From contig OZ242214.1 in assembly GCA_965206595.1 (NCBI GenBank), positions 992,001 to 1,056,000 of the forward strand: 64,000 nt of DNA, read 5' to 3'. Under the pieces are notes generated by a model. The model had not been told where the DNA came from. It saw only the letters and a program-made list of their open reading frames with translations, and searched no databases. Origin of the DNA: Candidatus Latescibacterota bacterium. GTDB taxonomy: Bacteria > Latescibacterota > UBA2968 > UBA8231. Made by a program: the position numbers and the translations under genes. How positions within the stretch are numbered: position 1 is the stretch's first letter; the number at the start of each line of letters is the position of its first letter. Positions 1-10,879 of this stretch are shown in pieces.

Positions 1-674
1 TCGGTTTCGCTGTCCATCGGTCGTTCGGCGGGCCGTCCGCGCTTGGGTGCCGGTTCCCGCAGGGGCACGGTAACTCCGTCCCAACTGACCACCAGGGTGT
101 CGCCCTCGGGATCCAGCGGCGCCGCTGTTTGCAAGGCCAACTCGAGTTGTTCGGCGTGGTCCTCGGCATACTGTCCGACCCGGGTCAACAGCTGCTGAAT
201 CGCCGTGCGCGAGGGCGGCTCGGGCAGCAATTCACGCAAGCTGTTCTCGACCTCGGCAGGGACCATGCCGGCGCCCAGAAACGCCGTCAGGCGCTCCCGT
301 TCCGGCACCATGAATCGCTTGACCATGCCGCAGCGCTCATCCAGAGGCACCCGACTCGGTCCGCCGCGATCGGGCTGATACAGCCGCCGCGCCACCACAA
401 CCTTGCCCCACAGGGTCATCCACTCCTTGTCGACCACCTGCTTGAATCGGTACACCTTCCCCTGGTGTACCACGGTGTCGTCGCCCAATTCACAAGCTTG
501 GGCCAAGCGTTGGAAGCCGCTTCGACCGATGTCGTCCAAACACGATCGAAACTCCCCCAGCATCTGGCGAAAGGCATCCGGTCCTGCTTGCCCGGACTGC
601 AGGCGATGTTCCCACTGCCGGACATTTTCCTGCAGGTTGGTCAGGCGAGCGCTCAAATCTTGCGTATCTTCCAT
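1..674 (-). CDS. ISKra4-family transposase, 5' part (runs off window start)
   Basis: Manual translation MEDTQDLSARL...TLWGKVVVARRLYQPDRGGPSRVPLDERCG...LVVSWDGVTVP; has the ISKra4 T.G.V..R.Y..PLD motif and the first catalytic D(G). Absent from ORF track because there is no stop in the window. Confidence 0.75.
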   Translation of the reverse strand, partial: MEDTQDLSARLTNLQENVRQWEHRLQSGQAGPDAFRQMLGEFRSCLDDIGRSGFQRLAQACELGDDTVVHQGKVYRFKQVVDKEWMTLWGKVVVARRLYQPDRGGPSRVPLDERCGMVKRFMVPERERLTAFLGAGMVPAEVENSLRELLPEPPSRTAIQQLLTRVGQYAEDHAEQLELALQTAAPLDPEGDTLVVSWDGVTVPLREPAPKRGRPAERPMDSET

Positions 675-787
675 CCGGGACCCCTTTCCGGTTTTTGGGC
701 GTAAGTGCATATACCCAAAAGTACAACTCGTACCCGGACTTGGGGTCCCACTCTTGTTAAGAAATGCGTAAAATGGAGGCTACACCC
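1..787 (-). mobile_element. ISKra4-family IS, left end (partial)
   Basis: Minus-strand terminus GGGTGTAGCCTCCATTT at 787, same GGGTG start as the ISKra4 at 26186; abuts a truncated hicA. Confidence 0.65.
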
Positions 788-934
788 GAAAGTATGGGTT
801 GTATTTTCATTCGGCATGGAGCCAAGCACGACTGGTATCAAAATCCGCGGACCAAGCTGTCCCAACCTGTTCCTCGCCACCGGGAGATTAATGATCAGTT
901 GGCAAGGCGCATTATCAAAATGCTGGCGCCGTAA
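788..934 (+). pseudogene. hicA: HicA-family toxin, 5'-truncated by IS
   Basis: Manual translation ESMGCIFIRHGAKHDWYQNPRTKLSQPVPRHREINDQLARRIIKMLAP*; HicA RHGxxHD and VPRHxEI motifs. Confidence 0.75.
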
Positions 935-1071
935 GTCGTCCACTGACAGGATTTTCCCCCACCAGACAATAGGCGATGATTAAAGAAAGAACTGATACTC
1001 CTTAGGTATCAGGGGTTCCATCTGCACCTTACTTAAAGTTTTAAAACTATACCACTACCGATTTTGTCCCC

Positions 1072-2312
1072 TCAGGAGTACCGCTGCCGCACCGTCCGCT
1101 CTCGATCCCTGGCCCGGTCCAGGGCGTGAGGGAAACGCGGGTTGGGCAGGGTGTTCGGTCCCGGTTCGTAGGGGAAGCGCTTCTCGACGTCCACCACCAC
1201 CTCGATGCCCAGGCCCGGGCCGTCCGGCAGGGTCACCCAGCCGTCGACCGGCCGCGGTGGATCCTCGAGCAGCTCGTAGCGGAACCCGTTCGGGTACATG
1301 AAGAACTCGCAGATGTGACCGGTCGCGGCGGCGGCGGTCAGGGCAGGTTGGCCGCGGTTCCGATCGAGGACTGCCAGTTGTGGGGGACGATGCGGATGCC
1401 GTGCTCTTGTGCAGCGCCGGCGATGCGCAGGTCCTCGGACAGGCCCTGCCTGGACGCGTCGATCTGCATGGCGTCGTACACCCCCCGTTCCAGCCACGGG
1501 CGGATTTCCTCCAGGCTTTCCAGGCTTTCGCCGCCCCACAGCATGACGTTGGGCATGCGCTCCTTCAGCGCGAGGTAGTCGTCGAACTGGGCGGGTCCGG
1601 TGTCTCCCATCGGCTGCTCGAAGAAGAGGAAACCGAGGTTGTCGATGACCGGGGCGATCTCCAGGCACTCCCCGTACGTCCATGAGTCGTACCCCTTCTT
1701 CTCGAGGCCGAGGTCGAAGTTCGGGCCCACGGCCTCGCGCAGCCGCCGGCAGACTTCTCCCAGCTCGGCCGGGGTAACCTCGGCTTCTTCCCAGTCCGTC
1801 CCGGGGCGCCACTTGAAGGTGTCGAACCCCATCTCCCGGTACTGCAGCGCTTCCTGAATCAGCTGCTCGGCGCCGAACGGCTCGCCGTCGCCGCGGTCGT
1901 GCCAGGTCCAGTTCACCCCGCCGCTGGCGTAGACCCGCACCCGGTCGCCGCGCTCCGGGGCGAGCAGCCGGTGCAGCGGCTCTCCCTTGGCCTTGCCGAT
2001 GAGGTCCCAGCAGGCGATGTCGGCCCCTGCGGACAGGCCCAGGGTCTCGACGTCGAACGGGTTTCTGCCGATCAGGTGCCGGAAGTCGCCGTCGCCGTCC
2101 GCCGGCTCGACGCCGATGCCGACCAGGCCCTCCGCCGTGAAAACTTCCAGCAGGCCGATGTCGACCTTGGTGAGCACTACCGGGCCGCACTCGTGGACAT
2201 ATCTGCCGTCGGACGGCTTCGAGGTCAGGCGAGTCAGCGTGGCGCCGGTGATGGTGAGGTTTTCGCGGCCTGTGCGGTCGGCGATGGGGGTCGGGCTCGT
2301 GGCTTCGCTCAC
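1072..2312 (-). CDS. Mandelate racemase/muconate lactonizing (enolase superfamily) enzyme, 1-nt frameshift near 1345
   Basis: ORF 1338-2312 (DIACWDLIGK, FKWRPG, FFEQP, IVPHNW) continues in another frame to 1072 (DGWVTLPDGPGLG). Confidence 0.8.
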
Positions 2313-2390
2313 TGTCTTTCTCCGTGGAAGAGATGGGCGCTTTGGCGTTGAAGGGTACGCCCCCCGGGCCCAAGGCGTCAGGCCGGTGCC

Positions 2391-3329
2391 TCAGCCTCCG
2401 GGAGGGGACGGGCTCCCCAGGGCCCCGAGCATGGAACCGGCGACGACCAGCAGGGCCCCGCCGACGCGGGAGGGGCTCAATTCTTCCGGCCTGGCCAGGT
2501 CCGGCAGGAGCAGGGCGAACATGCCCGCAGTGACGAAGACGACCACCGGCGACAGGGAGAGGAGAACCCCGATCCGGGAGGCCTCGATGTGCTCGGCGGC
2601 GTTGGCGTAGCAGAGGTAGGAGGTGAAGGTGAGGACGCTGGTGGCCGCCAGCAGGCCGAGGTGGATGGGGTCGAGGCGGCCGTAGTCGGCGAACCGCACC
2701 AGGGGGAACAGGAGAATCGTCCCGGTGGCGTAGATCGGCAGCAGGATCGCCTCCGGAGGCAGCGCGGTCAGGAGCTGCTTCTGGCTCAGGAGATAGACCG
2801 CCCAGGCCACCGCCGAGAAGATCAGCAGCAGAATGCCGAGGCCGAACCCCTGCAACTCGCCGGCCAGGTCTCCGTAGCGGGGGCTGAAGAACAGCGCCAG
2901 GCCGGCGAGCAGGAGGGCGATCCCCAGCCACTGGAGCCGGCCGAAGGACTCGCCGAACAGGAACAGGCCCCCCAGGAGCATCAGCATCGGGGCGAGCTGG
3001 ATGACCACCTGGGCGGTGCCGGGGCTGACGTAGCGGAGGGCGGCCATGAAGGTCAGGTAGTTTGTGAGCAGACCGGCGACGCAGATCGACAGCAGGAGCA
3101 GGCGCCTGCCGCGCAGGCGGATCAGCTCGCGGCCGCCGCGGCGCATCACCATGGGCAGGAGCAGGGCCGCGGTGATGGCGAAACGCATCCATCCGACGGC
3201 GGTAACCTCCAGGGATTGCACGAGGATGGCCTGCAGCACCGGCTGCGTCCCCCACTGGAAGACGGCGAGCGCGGCGAGAGACAGTCCGAGGGCAATGCGT
3301 CCGCTCGCACTGTGCCGGGTCACTGCCAC
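2391..3329 (-). CDS. DMT/EamA family transporter
   Basis: 312 aa, about 10 hydrophobic segments, duplicated EamA pattern. Confidence 0.85.
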   Translation of the reverse strand: MAVTRHSASGRIALGLSLAALAVFQWGTQPVLQAILVQSLEVTAVGWMRFAITAALLLPMVMRRGGRELIRLRGRRLLLLSICVAGLLTNYLTFMAALRYVSPGTAQVVIQLAPMLMLLGGLFLFGESFGRLQWLGIALLLAGLALFFSPRYGDLAGELQGFGLGILLLIFSAVAWAVYLLSQKQLLTALPPEAILLPIYATGTILLFPLVRFADYGRLDPIHLGLLAATSVLTFTSYLCYANAAEHIEASRIGVLLSLSPVVVFVTAGMFALLLPDLARPEELSPSRVGGALLVVAGSMLGALGSPSPPGG

Positions 3330-4282
3330 TTCTCGATCTCCACGAGGGCGGCGGCGATTCGCCGTCTCAGCTCCTCCGCGGATTCAGGCGTCCACTGGTA
3401 GAAACCGCGTCCCGTCTTCGCCCCGAGCTCGCCGCGGGCCACCTTCTCCCGCAGCAGCGCGGGCACCTCCGGTCCGGAGGCGAGATGGGGGAGGAGGTTG
3501 CCGGCGATCGAGGCCACCAGGTCCCAGCCGGCGAGCTCGAATACCTCGAAGATGCCGGCCGTCGACCAGCGGCGGCCGATGCTGTTGCTGAGGGCGTAGT
3601 CGATGTCGCGGGGGGTGGCGACCCCGTTCTCGACCAGCCAGAGGGCCTCGCGCAGGAGCGCGAACTGCAGGCGGTTGAGGACGAACCCGGGGACCTGTCT
3701 GCGGACGACGATCGGGCGCTTGCCCACGTGTTCGAGCAGGGAGCAGACGGCTTGCAGGGAGGCGTCCGAGGTCGCGCTTGCCGGCACCACTTCCACCAGG
3801 GGAATGAGGTGGGGCGGGTTGGCGTAGTGGGTGACGAGAACGCGGTCGCGCCGGTCCGTCTCCGGAAGGAAGCTGTCCGGCATCAGTCCCGAAGTGTTGC
3901 TCGCGAGAATGGCGCGCTGCGGGCAGAGGCGGTCGAGGTCGGCGAACACCCGGCGCTTGAGCTCGAGGTCCTCGTACACCGATTCGATGGCGAAGTCCGC
4001 CCCGGAGACCGCCTCCTCGAGATCGGGGGAGCCGTGCAGGCGGGAGGGGACCGCCTCCGCCTGTTCCACGGTGATGCGGCCGAGGCCGGCGAGGTAGTCG
4101 AGGCCGGCGTCGATGCGGGCGCGGGCCCGGTCCAGGCTCGCCCGGGTTCGCGCATGCATGCGCACTTCCAGGCCGGCGAGGGCGAGCTCCAGGGCGATCC
4201 CGTGGCCCATGAGGCCGGCCCCGACGACGGCGACCCGCTCGATCCGGTCCGCGGTTACGGGAGGTTCCGCGGGCGGCCTCAA
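3320..4282 (-). CDS. 3-hydroxyacyl-CoA dehydrogenase family
   Basis: VAVVGAGLMGHGIA, ILASNTS, HYANPPHLIPLVEVV, GFVLNRLQ; start inferred at TTG overlapping the upstream stop. Confidence 0.88.
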   Translation of the reverse strand: MRPPAEPPVTADRIERVAVVGAGLMGHGIALELALAGLEVRMHARTRASLDRARARIDAGLDYLAGLGRITVEQAEAVPSRLHGSPDLEEAVSGADFAIESVYEDLELKRRVFADLDRLCPQRAILASNTSGLMPDSFLPETDRRDRVLVTHYANPPHLIPLVEVVPASATSDASLQAVCSLLEHVGKRPIVVRRQVPGFVLNRLQFALLREALWLVENGVATPRDIDYALSNSIGRRWSTAGIFEVFELAGWDLVASIAGNLLPHLASGPEVPALLREKVARGELGAKTGRGFYQWTPESAEELRRRIAAALVEIEKWQ

Positions 4283-5016
4283 CGGGGTCCCGCGGGCAGC
4301 GGGATGCCGATGGCGGCGAGCTGCTCCTCGACCTGGCCGGCCCAGCCGCGGTTGGCCGCCGGGCTCGCCGGGCTCGGATGCAGGATCTGCCCCAAGTGGA
4401 AGGTGCCGTCCCCGAGGGCGGCGCGGGCGCGGTCCCAGCCGAACCTGCCGACCCCGAGGACGAACGACGGCGACACGTGCTCGGCGATCTGCCGCAGGGC
4501 GCGGTCGCAGGCGGCGAACAGGGGTTCGCGCTCGGCCGGGGGCAGCTTGTCGGGGGTGCGGTTGCGGCCGCTCTCCTCGAGGAAGGCCAGCGGGCAGTAG
4601 TTCCAGACGAAGAAGCTGTCGAAGAAGCGGTCGGCGGTGCCGAAGCGGTCCCGCGCCCACCCCCAGAAGCGGCGGCCGCTGACCTCGCTGCGCTGGCAGT
4701 CGAAGCCCTCGATCGCCCGCCGGGGGTGCTGGGAGCGGGGCCGGCTCACCCCGCGGTCGATGCCGAGCCAGTCCCTGACCAGCTCGACCTCTCCGAACGG
4801 GACCCCGGTCTGCATCATCCCCCAGGGCCCGGGGTTCATGCCGACGAGCAGTACCTTGGCGCAGCGCCGGCAGTAGCGCTCGAGGTAGGCGGCGTGCGCT
4901 TCGAAGGCGTACGCCAGCGGGTTGTACACGTGCGCGACCGGGGCGGCGAAGCGCAGGCTGCCCGCGGCGCGGCTGAGGGCACGGGCGACGGCGACCGGCG
5001 CGGGATCCGGCGTCAC
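4279..5016 (-). CDS. SMUG1-type (family 3) uracil-DNA glycosylase
   Basis: GMNPGPWGMMQTGVPFG, SEVSGRRFW, HPSPASPAANRGW. Confidence 0.9.
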   Translation of the reverse strand: MTPDPAPVAVARALSRAAGSLRFAAPVAHVYNPLAYAFEAHAAYLERYCRRCAKVLLVGMNPGPWGMMQTGVPFGEVELVRDWLGIDRGVSRPRSQHPRRAIEGFDCQRSEVSGRRFWGWARDRFGTADRFFDSFFVWNYCPLAFLEESGRNRTPDKLPPAEREPLFAACDRALRQIAEHVSPSFVLGVGRFGWDRARAALGDGTFHLGQILHPSPASPAANRGWAGQVEEQLAAIGIPLPAGPR

Positions 5017-5993
5017 TCGCTGTACACCGCCTCGATCAGGCCCCTCATGTAGCCGATCGCGTAGAGGCGCTCCATCGAGTGGGTGTCGGCGAAATCCTTC
5101 CAGGTCAGCTGCGGGAAGTGGTCGGGGCGCGCCACCCCCTCGTACCCGCTGTCGCGGTAAGCCCGGACGCAGGCCGCCATGTCGTGCTTGCCGTCGTCGT
5201 GGAAGGCCTCGTCGAACTTCTCCGGGGTCCCCCTGATGTCGCGGAAGTGGACGAAGTGGACCTTCTTCTGCTCTCCGAAGTGGCGGATGACGCTCGGCAG
5301 GTCGTCGGTCATGAGGCCGAAGTTCCCCTGGCAGAGGCCGATGCCGTTCACCGGGCTGGGCACGAGATCGACCATCCTCTGGTAGTTATCGACGCTGCTG
5401 ATGATGCGGGCGACCCCCTGGATCGGCGACAGCGGCGGGTCGTCGGGATGCATGGCGAGCTTGACGTTGGCTTCTTCGGCTACCGGAACGACGCGCTCGA
5501 GGAAGTACTTGAGGTTGTCCCACTGATCTTCCTCGGTGATCTCGCCGTGCTCGCCGGCCGGGTGGGTCCGGTTGAACTCCTCGAGGTCGAAGCCCGTCAC
5601 CTTGGCGCCGCCCCGAGTCGGGATGTCGGAGGAGGTGCGGATGACGAAGTGGACGGGCATCCAGGCCGGGCACCAGACCGGGATGCCGGCGGCCCCCATG
5701 TTGCGGATGAACTCGCAGACGACGGCGATCTCCTCGTCGCGGCCTGGCCGGGCAAGCTTGATCTCCTCCATCGGGGGGCGGCTTTCGATCACCGAAAGCT
5801 GGTAGCCCATCCTTTCGTACTGCGCCTTGAAGCGGGCCAGCGAGGCGCGGCTGAACGGCTGCGCCTCGTCCTCTATCGATTTGCCCGGGAGCGGCTCGAG
5901 GCCGAAAGTGCCGACCGCGTGCGCGACGCCGCACTGGCTGCCGAAGGTCGATACCGCCTCTGCTTCCGGGCCGAGCGCCAAAGCGATTTTCAC
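5013..5993 (-). CDS. Mannonate dehydratase (UxuA) family protein
   Basis: LAMHPDDPP, GLCQGN, HFVHFRDIRG, RPDHFP; GTG start at 5993. Confidence 0.85.
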   Translation of the reverse strand: MKIALALGPEAEAVSTFGSQCGVAHAVGTFGLEPLPGKSIEDEAQPFSRASLARFKAQYERMGYQLSVIESRPPMEEIKLARPGRDEEIAVVCEFIRNMGAAGIPVWCPAWMPVHFVIRTSSDIPTRGGAKVTGFDLEEFNRTHPAGEHGEITEEDQWDNLKYFLERVVPVAEEANVKLAMHPDDPPLSPIQGVARIISSVDNYQRMVDLVPSPVNGIGLCQGNFGLMTDDLPSVIRHFGEQKKVHFVHFRDIRGTPEKFDEAFHDDGKHDMAACVRAYRDSGYEGVARPDHFPQLTWKDFADTHSMERLYAIGYMRGLIEAVYSE

Positions 5994-6916
5994 AGGTTCT
6001 CCTTCCGATCGGTTTCGAGAATCACCGCGACCATCTCCCCTTCGAGCACGCGCGGAAAGGTGCGCAGCACGAGAATGTGCCCGCCGCGCTCGGCGCGCAT
6101 CTCGTGCACCGCGGAGCCGAGGGGGTCGCACACCGTGCCGAGCAGGTCCCCCTCGCGCACGCGCTCCCCGAGCTGTACGGCGGCTTCGAAATAGCCGGTG
6201 ACCGGCGTCTGGTTGTGCAGCCCCATGTCGCCGGAGCCGGGGCGGTCGTCCTCGACCACGTGCTCGACCCGCGAAACGGGCGCCGGGCGCGCGATCATGT
6301 CCAGCGTGGCCATGACGTTCAGACAGCCTTCGAAGTACGCTTCCGCCCCTTCCGGATCGCACCTGCCCGAGCCCTGGTACTCGGCGTAGATCGCGGCGAC
6401 GCCAGCGTCGCGGGCAACCGACAGGGAGCGGCCCTGAAGCGTCGCGGTCGTGCCCCAGATCACCGGCAGGTTGAAGGCCCGCGCCATGGCGCGCTGCCTG
6501 CCGAGGATTGCAGGATCGGGGAGCAGGCCGTACCCCGACATCGGCCACACCGAGGAAGGGGAGCCGCCGGTGTGCAGGTCGATGTAGCAGTCGGCCGAGC
6601 GGATCAGCTCGCTGAGGGCGTGGGCAATGCGCATGGTCACCGAGCCGTCGGGGTCGCCGGGGCAGACGCGCGCCAGGTCGAGGCCGTCCTCCGCGGTGCG
6701 GGCGCCGCGCAGGTAGGCCGCCTCGTTGACGACCGGCACGAGGGTGAGGCGGCCGCGAAGCTCATCGCGGCAGGTGCCCTGGAAATGGGCGATCAGGCGG
6801 CGGACGGCGACCATCGACTCGAACTCGTCGCCATGCACTCCCCCGGTGATCAGCAGGTGGGGCCCGGGACCGGAGCCCTCGATGACGGCCCGCTGCAACT
6901 CGACGGCGGCGCTCAC
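5990..6916 (-). CDS. Succinylglutamate desuccinylase/aspartoacylase (M14) family
   Basis: ITGGVHGDEFE, DLARVCPG, IDLHTGG; GTG start overlapping upstream TGA. Confidence 0.85.
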   Translation of the reverse strand: MSAAVELQRAVIEGSGPGPHLLITGGVHGDEFESMVAVRRLIAHFQGTCRDELRGRLTLVPVVNEAAYLRGARTAEDGLDLARVCPGDPDGSVTMRIAHALSELIRSADCYIDLHTGGSPSSVWPMSGYGLLPDPAILGRQRAMARAFNLPVIWGTTATLQGRSLSVARDAGVAAIYAEYQGSGRCDPEGAEAYFEGCLNVMATLDMIARPAPVSRVEHVVEDDRPGSGDMGLHNQTPVTGYFEAAVQLGERVREGDLLGTVCDPLGSAVHEMRAERGGHILVLRTFPRVLEGEMVAVILETDRKENL

Positions 6917-7743
6917 GGTAGCTGCCAGCGGCTCGGGTTGATGCCGGGCGCTTCCGACGCCATGCCGGGCGGCTTGTTGCCCCCCTCGGGAATCCAGATG
7001 CGGCCGCTGCGGTCCCCCATCAGGCGGCGCACCTGCGGCGACAGTTTGGCGACCTCCACCTCGTCCCAGGGGGCGATCGGTTCGGCGGGCCCGGCCCAGG
7101 TCGGCCGGTAGGAGAGCTGCAGCGACTCGCGCGCGTACGTGCCGGTGTTGGGGTAATTGCCGTGGAAGACATTGTTGTTGAACACCAGCGCCGCGCCGGC
7201 CTTGCAGGTCACCATCACCTCTTCCGGGTGCTCCTCGTAGCGCAGGTAGGGGTTGGCCTGGTTGTGGAAGCTCAGGTGGGTGCGCGGCACGACGCGGAAG
7301 GGGGAGACCTCGGGCACGAGGTCGTCGAGGTAGTAGAGCACCCGCAGCAGCCTGGGGCAGGTGTACTCCGCGGCGAAGATATTCGACCCCCAGGGCTGGC
7401 CGTCGCAGTGGAGGCTGATCCCGGGGTGGCCCGGCTCGGAGCGGCCGTAGTCGTAGGACATGGCGACCACCTCGCCGCACAGGGTTTCGAGGAACTCGAT
7501 GGTCGGCGGCCAGGCGATCAGCTCGGTGACGGCACCGCCGGCGAACTGTACCGCGGACTTGCCGCGCTGGTGGACGCTGTAGTCGACGTGGGTGGTTTCG
7601 AACCCGGCGCACTGGCTCTTGAGCCGGGCGATGAGGTCGGGCGGCAGGCGCTCGGGAAGGATGACGTACCCCTCCACCTCGAGGTGGCGGATGCATTCGC
7701 CGAGAGAGATCCGGCTCCAGTCGCGGTCGTCGATGCGGGGCAT
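6913..7743 (-). CDS. Phytanoyl-CoA dioxygenase (PhyH) family
   Basis: EGYVIL, LHCDG, VVPRTH, FHGNYPN. Confidence 0.8.
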   Translation of the reverse strand: MPRIDDRDWSRISLGECIRHLEVEGYVILPERLPPDLIARLKSQCAGFETTHVDYSVHQRGKSAVQFAGGAVTELIAWPPTIEFLETLCGEVVAMSYDYGRSEPGHPGISLHCDGQPWGSNIFAAEYTCPRLLRVLYYLDDLVPEVSPFRVVPRTHLSFHNQANPYLRYEEHPEEVMVTCKAGAALVFNNNVFHGNYPNTGTYARESLQLSYRPTWAGPAEPIAPWDEVEVAKLSPQVRRLMGDRSGRIWIPEGGNKPPGMASEAPGINPSRWQLP

Positions 7744-8083
7744 GGTGCGGGTTCCGTTGGTTGCCGTGGGCGCAGGTTCCGGGCTGGAAGAAACGCCCCC
7801 GCAATCCCCTGTCAATCGCTGCACCGACGGCCGAAGGGTAGGGGTCGGTTTGGAGAGGCGGTGCCGGTTTCAGGTGCCGCGCTTCAGGCCGGCGGGCAGG
7901 CAGGGGCAGCCGCCGGGGCTTCGGGGACGCTGCTTCGACCAGATCCACCCGCCAGTCCGCTGGACGCTCTTCTCCGAGGGCGGCAGTTTACGTCTTCGCC
8001 CCCGTGGAACCCGGTTCGCTATCGGGCGTCCTTTCTTTTTTCCGCAAGATTCGATTTCTCTACTCTGACACAAAGGAAGCACG

Positions 8084-8593
8084 ATGAAGGAAAGCACGAT
8101 GAACTACACTTTCGGTGCCGCGGTCGTTGTTCTCTGCCTCGGAATCTCCGGGTGTTCGGGTGAGCCGCCGACAGGGGGAACTCATGATTCGGATGTCCTC
8201 ACGGCCAGCGGTGACGAACACATCCGCGACGGCGGCGGCGAAAACGGTGGAGAGGCTGGCGAAGAGTCGGGTACCGCCCTGTCGCTGAACGAGACCTTCG
8301 ATAGTGTCAGAAACGGTGTTCGGCTGGTGATGTCCTACGAGGCGGATGACAATTCATTCACCGGTACTTTGAAGAACACGACCGGGGAGACCTTGCAGGA
8401 AGTGCGCGTCGAGGTCCACCTGTCCAACGGCAGGGAGCTCGGTCCGACGACTCCGGTCGATCTCGATCCCGCCATGGAACGGAAGGTGAGGCTGGTGGCG
8501 ACCAGCAGGGATTTCGACGCCTGGACCCCTCACGCGGAGGTAGGACTGGGCGAGCACGCCGGATCGGACGAAGGAGGCGGAGAGCACGACTAA
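8084..8593 (+). CDS. Putative lipoprotein with FxLYD-like domain
   Basis: Lipobox-like LGISGC; GTLKNTTGETLQEVRVEVHL. Confidence 0.6.
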   Translation: MKESTMNYTFGAAVVVLCLGISGCSGEPPTGGTHDSDVLTASGDEHIRDGGGENGGEAGEESGTALSLNETFDSVRNGVRLVMSYEADDNSFTGTLKNTTGETLQEVRVEVHLSNGRELGPTTPVDLDPAMERKVRLVATSRDFDAWTPHAEVGLGEHAGSDEGGGEHD

Positions 8594-8638
8594 GGCCGGC
8601 CCCGGTGCGGCGCGCCCCGGGGACAGGGCCCTCAAGCC

Positions 8639-9549
8639 CTAGCCCATCTGCAGGAGAACCTTGCCGGTGAGACCGGCAGCCATCAGGCGGAAGCCCTCGT
8701 CCGCTTCTTCGAGGGGAAAGCGGTGGGTGATCAGCCGCTCGACATCCAGGCCGGCCCGGTGGAGGGCGAGCATCTCGGGGAACTCGCTGAAGTGGTAGTA
8801 CCAGGAACCGACCGCGGTGATGTCGCGGCGGATGAAGTCCGCGCTCGGGGGCAGCTCGACCTCCGGCTGCTCCCCGTTGAAGACCACGGTTCCCGCGGTG
8901 CGCACGGCGCGGAAGCACTGCCTCGCGGTCTCGGGTCGGCCGGCGGCCTCGATACAGACGTCCGCTCCCCTGTTCCCGGTCAACCGGCGGATCGCCTCCG
9001 GCACGTCCTCGGGGACGCCGGCGTCAATGGCGTGGGCGGCCCCCAGTTTTCCCGCGAGGCCGAGCAAATCGCGACGCATTCGACAGGCTCGTTCCTGAGC
9101 TTGGTCGAGGTGTGGTAGGGGACGCCGAACCCGTCTCCGGTCAGCAGCACCCCCGCATCCCAGGGAACGTCGTCGGGCAGCACGTGGCAGGCCCTGGCCG
9201 CGGTGACGAAGCGCTCGGCGTGGGTGCTGCCGTGGTAGCTCCGCTCCTCGCACCAGGTGTACTGGCCGCGGGCGCAGCAGGGACAGTCCCCGCATCCGCT
9301 GATGGCGCTGACGCCGACCCGCTGTCCAACCCTCGGGGCGCTGACGCCAGGACCGACCCCGGAAATGACGCCGGCGGCCTCGTGTCCGGAGTTGCCGGTT
9401 TCCATGCCTTCACCCCGGTAGGCTTTCAGCTCGCTCCCGCACAGGGCCGAGACCCGGGTGTCGACGAGCACCTCGCCGGGGCCCGGTTCCGGGTCGGGGG
9501 CGTCGACGCAGACGACCTTCTCGTCACCGAGGAGACGTAGGGATTTCAT
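8639..9549 (-). pseudogene. Zinc-binding alcohol dehydrogenase, disrupted near 9065
   Basis: ALCGSE, GHEAAG, CGDCPCC in one frame; C-terminal GADVCIEAAG...GKVLL in another; Rossmann GxGxxG segment missing. Confidence 0.75.
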
Positions 9550-9840
9550 GGTGTTTCAGGGATCGCGGCCGCGGGGAAGGGGCGCCGCAGGGGCGGGCAA
9601 GGGCAATCCGTAGCGAAACATGGACGCGGCAACGCGGACGCGGAGGGGGCGGAAACTCACGAGAGTCTCGGCGAGGGAGCAAAGGGCGGCGCCCGACAGT
9701 GAGGGCGGAAAGGTTCGCCTCAGGGGGCCGCAGTTCGAGCCGTTTATCAATGCTCATGTCCGCAGGAGCGAGCCGCCATTCAGGCCACGGTCCGGGGGAA
9801 GGCCACCGCCTCCGAGAACAGCGGCCCGAACCAGCTTTCA

Positions 9841-10838
9841 TCACGGGCCGTCAAGCGGCAGCTCGGCCTCGAGGTCGACGGGGCGCCGCGCGGCGATGGA
9901 GCGCCTGACGGCGGCCTCGACCTGAAGCTCACGCAGGCCTGCGATCCCCGGGACCGGAGGCGGCTCTCCGGCGCGCAAAGACTGCAGGTAGGCTGTGACG
10001 GACTTGGCGAACGAGGCCCTGTACTGGTCCCAGCGGGACTTGTCCTTCGGTATGGCGTGCAATTCGCGGCGGCCTGAGGCGTGATCGAGCACCTCCATGT
10101 CGCCGTCGAGATCGCGCAGGTGAATGCGGTCCCCCTCGAAGTTCAGAGTCAGCTCGAAGAGGGGAAGGTCCAGTCGAGAGCGGAGGTGCCGGTCAGGGTG
10201 CCGGTGGCGTCCCCGGCGGTGCGCATGGCAGCGGTGACGTCCTTGGCGGCGGCACGGCCCCCCCGGGTCCCTACGCTCTCCAGGGCCGCGAGTTCGGCTA
10301 CCGGTCCCGCGAAGTGGTGGACCAGGTCGATGGCGTGGCTCCAGCAGGCGAAGTGGACGAGCCCGGTGAAGTTCACCACCGCCCCGAAGGAACGGTCGGC
10401 GACGATCTGTTTGGCCAGCATCACCTGATCGAAGAAGCGGTAGTTGAAAACCATGGCCGTCTCGCAGCCGCAGGCATCCGCCTGCCGCATGAGGGAGCGG
10501 GCGTCGAGGAAGTCCTGCTCCCGAACCCCCGCCTGCCCGTCGCGGGCGACCAGCGGCTTTTCGAAGAACAGCCGCTTCGGTCCGTGGGCGAGCAGAGCGG
10601 AGGCGGCTTCGAAGCGGTCGTTCTCCCTGGTCAGCACGAGGATCGCATCAGGATTCCAAGCGACCAGGTCCCCCGGAGACTGGAAAGCCTGCCCTCCGAA
10701 ATCTGCGGCGAACTGCCCGGCCTTGCTCTGGGTGCGGTTGTAGTAGCCGAGCTCGACGTCCTTCTCCGCGGTCAGGCAGGGCATGTAGTTGGCCCTAGCG
10801 ACGTTGCCGGTTCCGGCGATGCCGATTTTCAAGGGCAT
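9841..10838 (-). CDS. Gfo/Idh/MocA oxidoreductase, 1-nt frameshift at homopolymer 10161-10164
   Basis: IGIAGTGNVA, FFEKP, FNYRF; continues in a second frame to 9841. Confidence 0.8.
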
Positions 10839-10879
10839 GTCAGGGTTTTATTGCGTTGGTTCGAGCCTGTTCGATCTTG

